From contig CAVSAP010000006.1 of the NCBI GenBank assembly GCA_963726055.1, forward strand, positions 1,319,345-1,383,344: 64,000 bases of DNA, given 5' to 3'. Under the pieces are notes generated by a model that saw only the letters and a list, made by a program, of their open reading frames with translations, did not search any database and was not told the DNA's origin. The translations under genes and the position numbers were made by a program. The number at the start of each line of letters is the position of its first letter. The first letter of the stretch is position 1. This document shows, in pieces, positions 59,995-64,000 of the stretch. The stretch is from an uncultured Chloroflexia bacterium (lineage in GTDB: Bacteria > Chloroflexota > Limnocylindria > Limnocylindrales > CSP1-4).

Positions 59995-62417
59995 CGACAA
60001 CGAGCTCGACCTTTACACCGGGAGCAGCCGCGAGGCCGGCGCGAGGCTTCTGCTGGAGGATCGTGCCAGGCTTTCCGACGACCCAGCTGATCCTGGGCTC
60101 GATCTTCAGCTTCTTCAAGCCGCAGGCGTGCGTCGGTGAGCGTCCCGCCGACGAGGTCGGGGATCACTCCCTGGGTCGCCTTGGAGACCACGAGGATGAT
60201 CCGGTCGTAGGAGGATCGGTAGCCGGCCCTCGGTCGCTGGTCGACGACGATGCCGGGCCTCTGCAGCGGCGCGGCGGGCGCGTAGACGAGCTCGGCCGTC
60301 AACGGCTGCGCCGCGACCCGCGCCTGCGCCTCGGCGAGTGTCAGCTTGCGCACGTCCGGCACCTCGACCTCGTTCTCGAGGCAGTTCGCCGTACGGCTCG
60401 GGCCCTTGCCTGCGAAGTAGACGACCTCCTTTCGCGAGCGGCAGAGGCCGTTGTCGAGGAGCAGCCGGTCACCGCGGCGCACGACGAGCTTCGGCGCCAC
60501 GTACGGCGTGCTGGGATAGGGGAATCCCTCGGGCGGCACACCCTTGAGCGCTTTCTCGACGAACGTCTTCCAGATCAGGGCCGGGAAGCTGCCGCCCGTG
60601 ACGGCCTTGCCGTTGAACTCGGTCAGCATCGGCTTCAGCGTCGTCGGGTAGCCGACCCACACGGCGACGACGAGCTGCGGCGTGTAGCCGACGAACCACG
60701 CGTCGCCGTAGTTCTCGGTCGTGCCGGTCTTGCCGGCCACGGGGCGATCGACGAGAGCGGCGCGCTTGCCGGTGCCGAGCCGCACGGCCTTCTGCAGGAT
60801 CGCGTTCATGATCCCCGCCTCGGTGGCGGTGAGGGCCTCGAACTTCGTCGGCGCGTTGTATCGCGTCCGGCCGCGCTCGGTGACCTTCGAGATCACGCGC
60901 GGCTTGTTGCCGAACATGGCTCCGTCGACGCGGCGGCCGCCGTAGGCGAGCGTGGCGTACGCCCGGGCGAGCTCGAGTGGGTTCACCGCCTCGGCGCCGA
61001 GACCGATCGCGAAGTAGCCGTCGAGCTTGCTCCGGATCCCCATGCGCTTGGCGGTCTCGGCCACGTGCTTCGAGCCGACGAGCTGTGTGAGCTGTGCGTA
61101 GACGGCGTTGTCGGACTCGATCGTCGCGCGCTCGAGGTCGATCGAGCCGAGATAGGAGTCGTCGTAGTTGCCGACGACCCAGTACTTGTCGCCGAGGTTG
61201 ATCGTCTGCGGCTTCGACTCGAAGTGCGTCGCAGGAGAGATCCCCTCGCGCAGCGCCGTCGCGAGCACGAACGGCTTGAACGAGGACCCGGCTGGCGGAC
61301 GCCCTGCACGGCGAGGTTGAACTGGCTCTTGCGGTAGTTGTTGCCGCCGACCATCGCCTTCACCGCGCCGCTGCGCGGATCGATTGCGACGAGGGCGGCC
61401 GACGGGCCGTCAGGGTTCGTGAGCCACTTCGAGATCGCGTCGCGCGCCTTCTGCTGGAGACCGAGGTTGATCGTCGTCCGCACCTTCAGGCCGCCGCCGA
61501 AGACCTCTGCCGAGCCGTACTCGTCGATCAGCTGCTGCTTGACGTAGTTGACGAAGTGCTGCGCCGGCCCCTCGGTGCCGGGGAGCCGCACGTCCTCGGG
61601 CTTCGGAAGCTTGGCGCGCGTTCGCGTCCGCGTACTGCTTCGGCGTGATCGTCGACTCCTCGAGCATCGCCTTCAGCACGAGCTCACGCCGCATCAGCGC
61701 GGCGTTCGGGTTGCTGACCGGGTCGTAGCGGCTCGGGTCGGCGGGGATGCCCGCCAGGAGCGCCGCCTCGGGGATCGTCAGGTCCTGGGCGCCGTGGTGG
61801 AAGTACGTCAGCGCCGCCTGCTGCACCCCGTAGGCGCCGTTCCCGAAGTAGATCGTGTTCAGGTACTCCGTCAGGATCCGCTTCTTCGGCCAGTGCTTGT
61901 CGTCGCGCTCGAGCTGCCACGCGAACGCTGCTTCGCGCACCTTGCGGGCGATCGTCTTCTGATCGCGCTCGAGCCCGTTCTTCACGAACTGCTGCGTGAT
62001 CGTCGAGCCGCCCTCGACCACCTTCTTCTGCTTGATGTCCGCGACGAGTGCGCGCCCGATGCCGCGCAGGTCGATCCCGTCGTGCTCCCAGAAGCGCCGG
62101 TCCTCGATCGCCACGATCGCGTGCCGCATCGGGTCGGCGATGTCGTCGTACTCGATCAGGGTGCGCGCCTCCGAGCCGCGCAGGACCGCCAGGATCTTCG
62201 TGCCGCTCGAGTCGTAGATGTAGCCGTTGACCTGGTTGTCGAGCTGCTTCTTCGGGTCGAACTTGCCGGCGTCGATCTCGCTCGCGATCGCGCGGATCAG
62301 CCCGAACGTGAACGACACCGACCCGAGGAGTCCGAGGACGGTGAGGAGCGCAAGGAGGCGAAGCCTGCGGATCCGGCGACGAGGGCGCGCCGGTCTGTTC
62401 TTGCTGAACGACCGCAA
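59960..62417 (-). pseudogene. class A penicillin-binding protein (transglycosylase/transpeptidase with C-terminal PASTA), three frame breaks
   Basis: GT51 motifs EDRRFWEH and GGSTITQQ; transpeptidase motifs SSFKP (only after the frame change), SDN, KTGT. Breaks lie near 61610, 61290 and 60110. The corrected stop at 59960 overlaps mpg. Confidence 0.85.
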
Positions 62418-62441
62418 GGACGGGATTGTAGCCGCGTCGGT

Positions 62442-64000
62442 CTACGAGGCTGCGATCACGGCCAGCACGTCGTCCGCGTAGCGCTCGAGCTTCGTCGGCC
62501 CGAAGCCCTTCACCGCCGCGAGATCCTGCTCGGAAGCGGGCTTCGCGGTTGCGAGCTCTCGAAGCGTCGCGTCGTGCAGCACGACGAATGCCGGCACCTC
62601 GTCCGCCCGCGCGCGCTCGAGCCGCCAGGCACGAAGCCGCTCGAAGAGCCCTTCGTCGGCCGGCCCCGCCGCGGCCGGGGAGCCGATTCGCGGCAGGGAC
62701 ACACCCGGATGCGCGCGGAGGAGACGGAAGCCGTCCTCGCTCTCGAAGGACTCGAGCGCACCCGAGACCTCGAGCAGCTGGATCCAGCGCTTGATGTCGG
62801 CCTGGCTGGCCGCGGCGAGCACGCCGAAGTGGGAGGAGCGCTGTGCCGACCGCGGCGCGCTCATCGAGCCGCGGAGCATCGCCGCCAGACCTGTGCGCCC
62901 GAGCGGCCAGCGGAGGTCGAGCGCGGCGCGATGGATGGCTCCGGCGACGTCGTCCGGTAGCGGCGCGACGGCGGCCGGCTCGTCGACGGGGCGCCGCGAG
63001 CGGCGAGCAGACGTCGCACATCCCGCAGTCCTTCGCCAGGTCTCGCCGAAGTGCTCGGCCACCTGCCGGTGGCGGCAGCCCTGCGACTCGGCGAAGTGCA
63101 CGAGCCGGTCGGTGCGCGCGAGCGCCTCGCGCTCGTAGCGAGCGAGGAGCGCGTCGATTCGTGCAGCCGCGTCGGCCGGTGGATCCGGCACCTCGATCTG
63201 CATCGCCCGGCCGGCGTCGAAGCCGCGGCGCACCAGTCCGACCTGCTCCAGCATCCCCACGAGCACGCGGGGATCGGGCTCGTCGCCGAGCTCCTCCGGC
63301 GCCACCTCCGAGCGGCCGCGAAGCCGCGCGTAGACCGAGCGGAGGTCGTCGACCGTCGGGATGTCCGAGCGCGCGAAGCGGCGCAGCTGCTGCGCATCCG
63401 CCCGGCTCGCGAGCAGGAGCGTGTCCGAGGCGCGGCCGTCCCGGCCCGCGCGCCCGACCATCTGCACGTAGCTCTCGAGCGACTCGGGGTAGTTGTAGAG
63501 CGCCACGAGGCGGATGTCCGGCTTGTCGATCCCCATCCCGAACGCGGTCGTGGCGACCACCGTCTGGATCCGGCCTTCGATGAAGGCTTCCTGGGCCGCG
63601 GCCCGCTCGGCCGGCTCGAGCCCCGCGTGGTAGTGGACGGCCGCGAGGTCGTGGGCACGCAGCGTGCGCGCGAGGCTCTCGCAGCTGCGACGGGAGCGCG
63701 CGTAGACGATCGCCGACGAACCGCGCAGCTCGTGCAGCCGGCGGACGAGCGTCCGCAGCCGCGCCTCCTCGCCGTCGACGATCTCGACGTCGTAGCGGAG
63801 GTTCGGCCGGACGACGCTCGTGCGAACGATTTCCGGCTCGCGGCCCAGGGCGTCGGCGATCTCCCGCTCCGTCGCCGGCGTCGCGGTCGCCGTCATGCCG
63901 AGGATCGCGGGCCGGCCGTTTCCACGGCTCAGCGCGTCGAGCGCGCGGCGGATGAAGAGGTAGTCGGGGCGGAAGTCGTGCCCCCACATGCTGACGCAGT
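62442..64000 (-). pseudogene. recQ: ATP-dependent DNA helicase RecQ (C-terminal ~520 codons; gene continues past the window end), two compensating frame breaks
   Basis: CVSMWGHDFRPDY, TATA, YHAG, ATTAFGMGIDKPD, GRAGRDG, HRDC domain at the C-terminus. The zinc motif DCGMCDVC is readable only in another frame between about 63045 and 62988. Confidence 0.85.

Overview
High-GC (about 70%) actinobacterial-type chromosomal segment, possibly Thermoleophilia or Conexibacter-like, though that is a guess from gene content. It is densely coding and mostly housekeeping or catabolic. From left to right it holds: a sugar-acid catabolic locus (lactonase-like, ABC transporter, fucD, then ADH-kduD-eda-kdgK joined by 4-bp overlaps); a degenerate tRNA-Gly fragment; secreted M6 and M14 metalloproteases; a calcium-binding repeat protein; an ECF sigma/anti-sigma pair; a hybrid PAS-GAF histidine kinase; an orphan PilB/GspE ATPase; tRNA-Cys; an HMG-CoA-reductase-like/diiron/thioesterase trio; folD; csp; gatCAB; an rpf-like gene; the serine-synthesis genes (class V aminotransferase plus serA); ilvE; a DegT aminotransferase; mpg; PBP1A; and recQ. 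I found no CRISPR array, transposase or integrase. About one third of the genes, including gatB, PBP1A and recQ, can only be read through 1-5 frame changes. These are more likely consensus indel errors than real decay, so every 'pseudogene' call below carries that caveat. The most system-like candidate is an intact ~390-aa TPR protein followed immediately by a strongly SD-driven 31-codon signal-peptide-like ORF and a secreted trypsin-like protease. That layout resembles Rap/Phr (RRNPP) peptide-signalling cassettes, a family not described in Actinobacteria as far as I know. Other leads are twin perfect 19-bp palindromes in the serine-operon promoter region, a structured SD-sequestering leader on the rpf-like gene, recombination scars flanking fucD, two small secreted proteins sharing one leader peptide, and a 21-codon hydrophobic ORF next to tRNA-Cys. 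All family calls come from reading motifs by eye; no searches were run.
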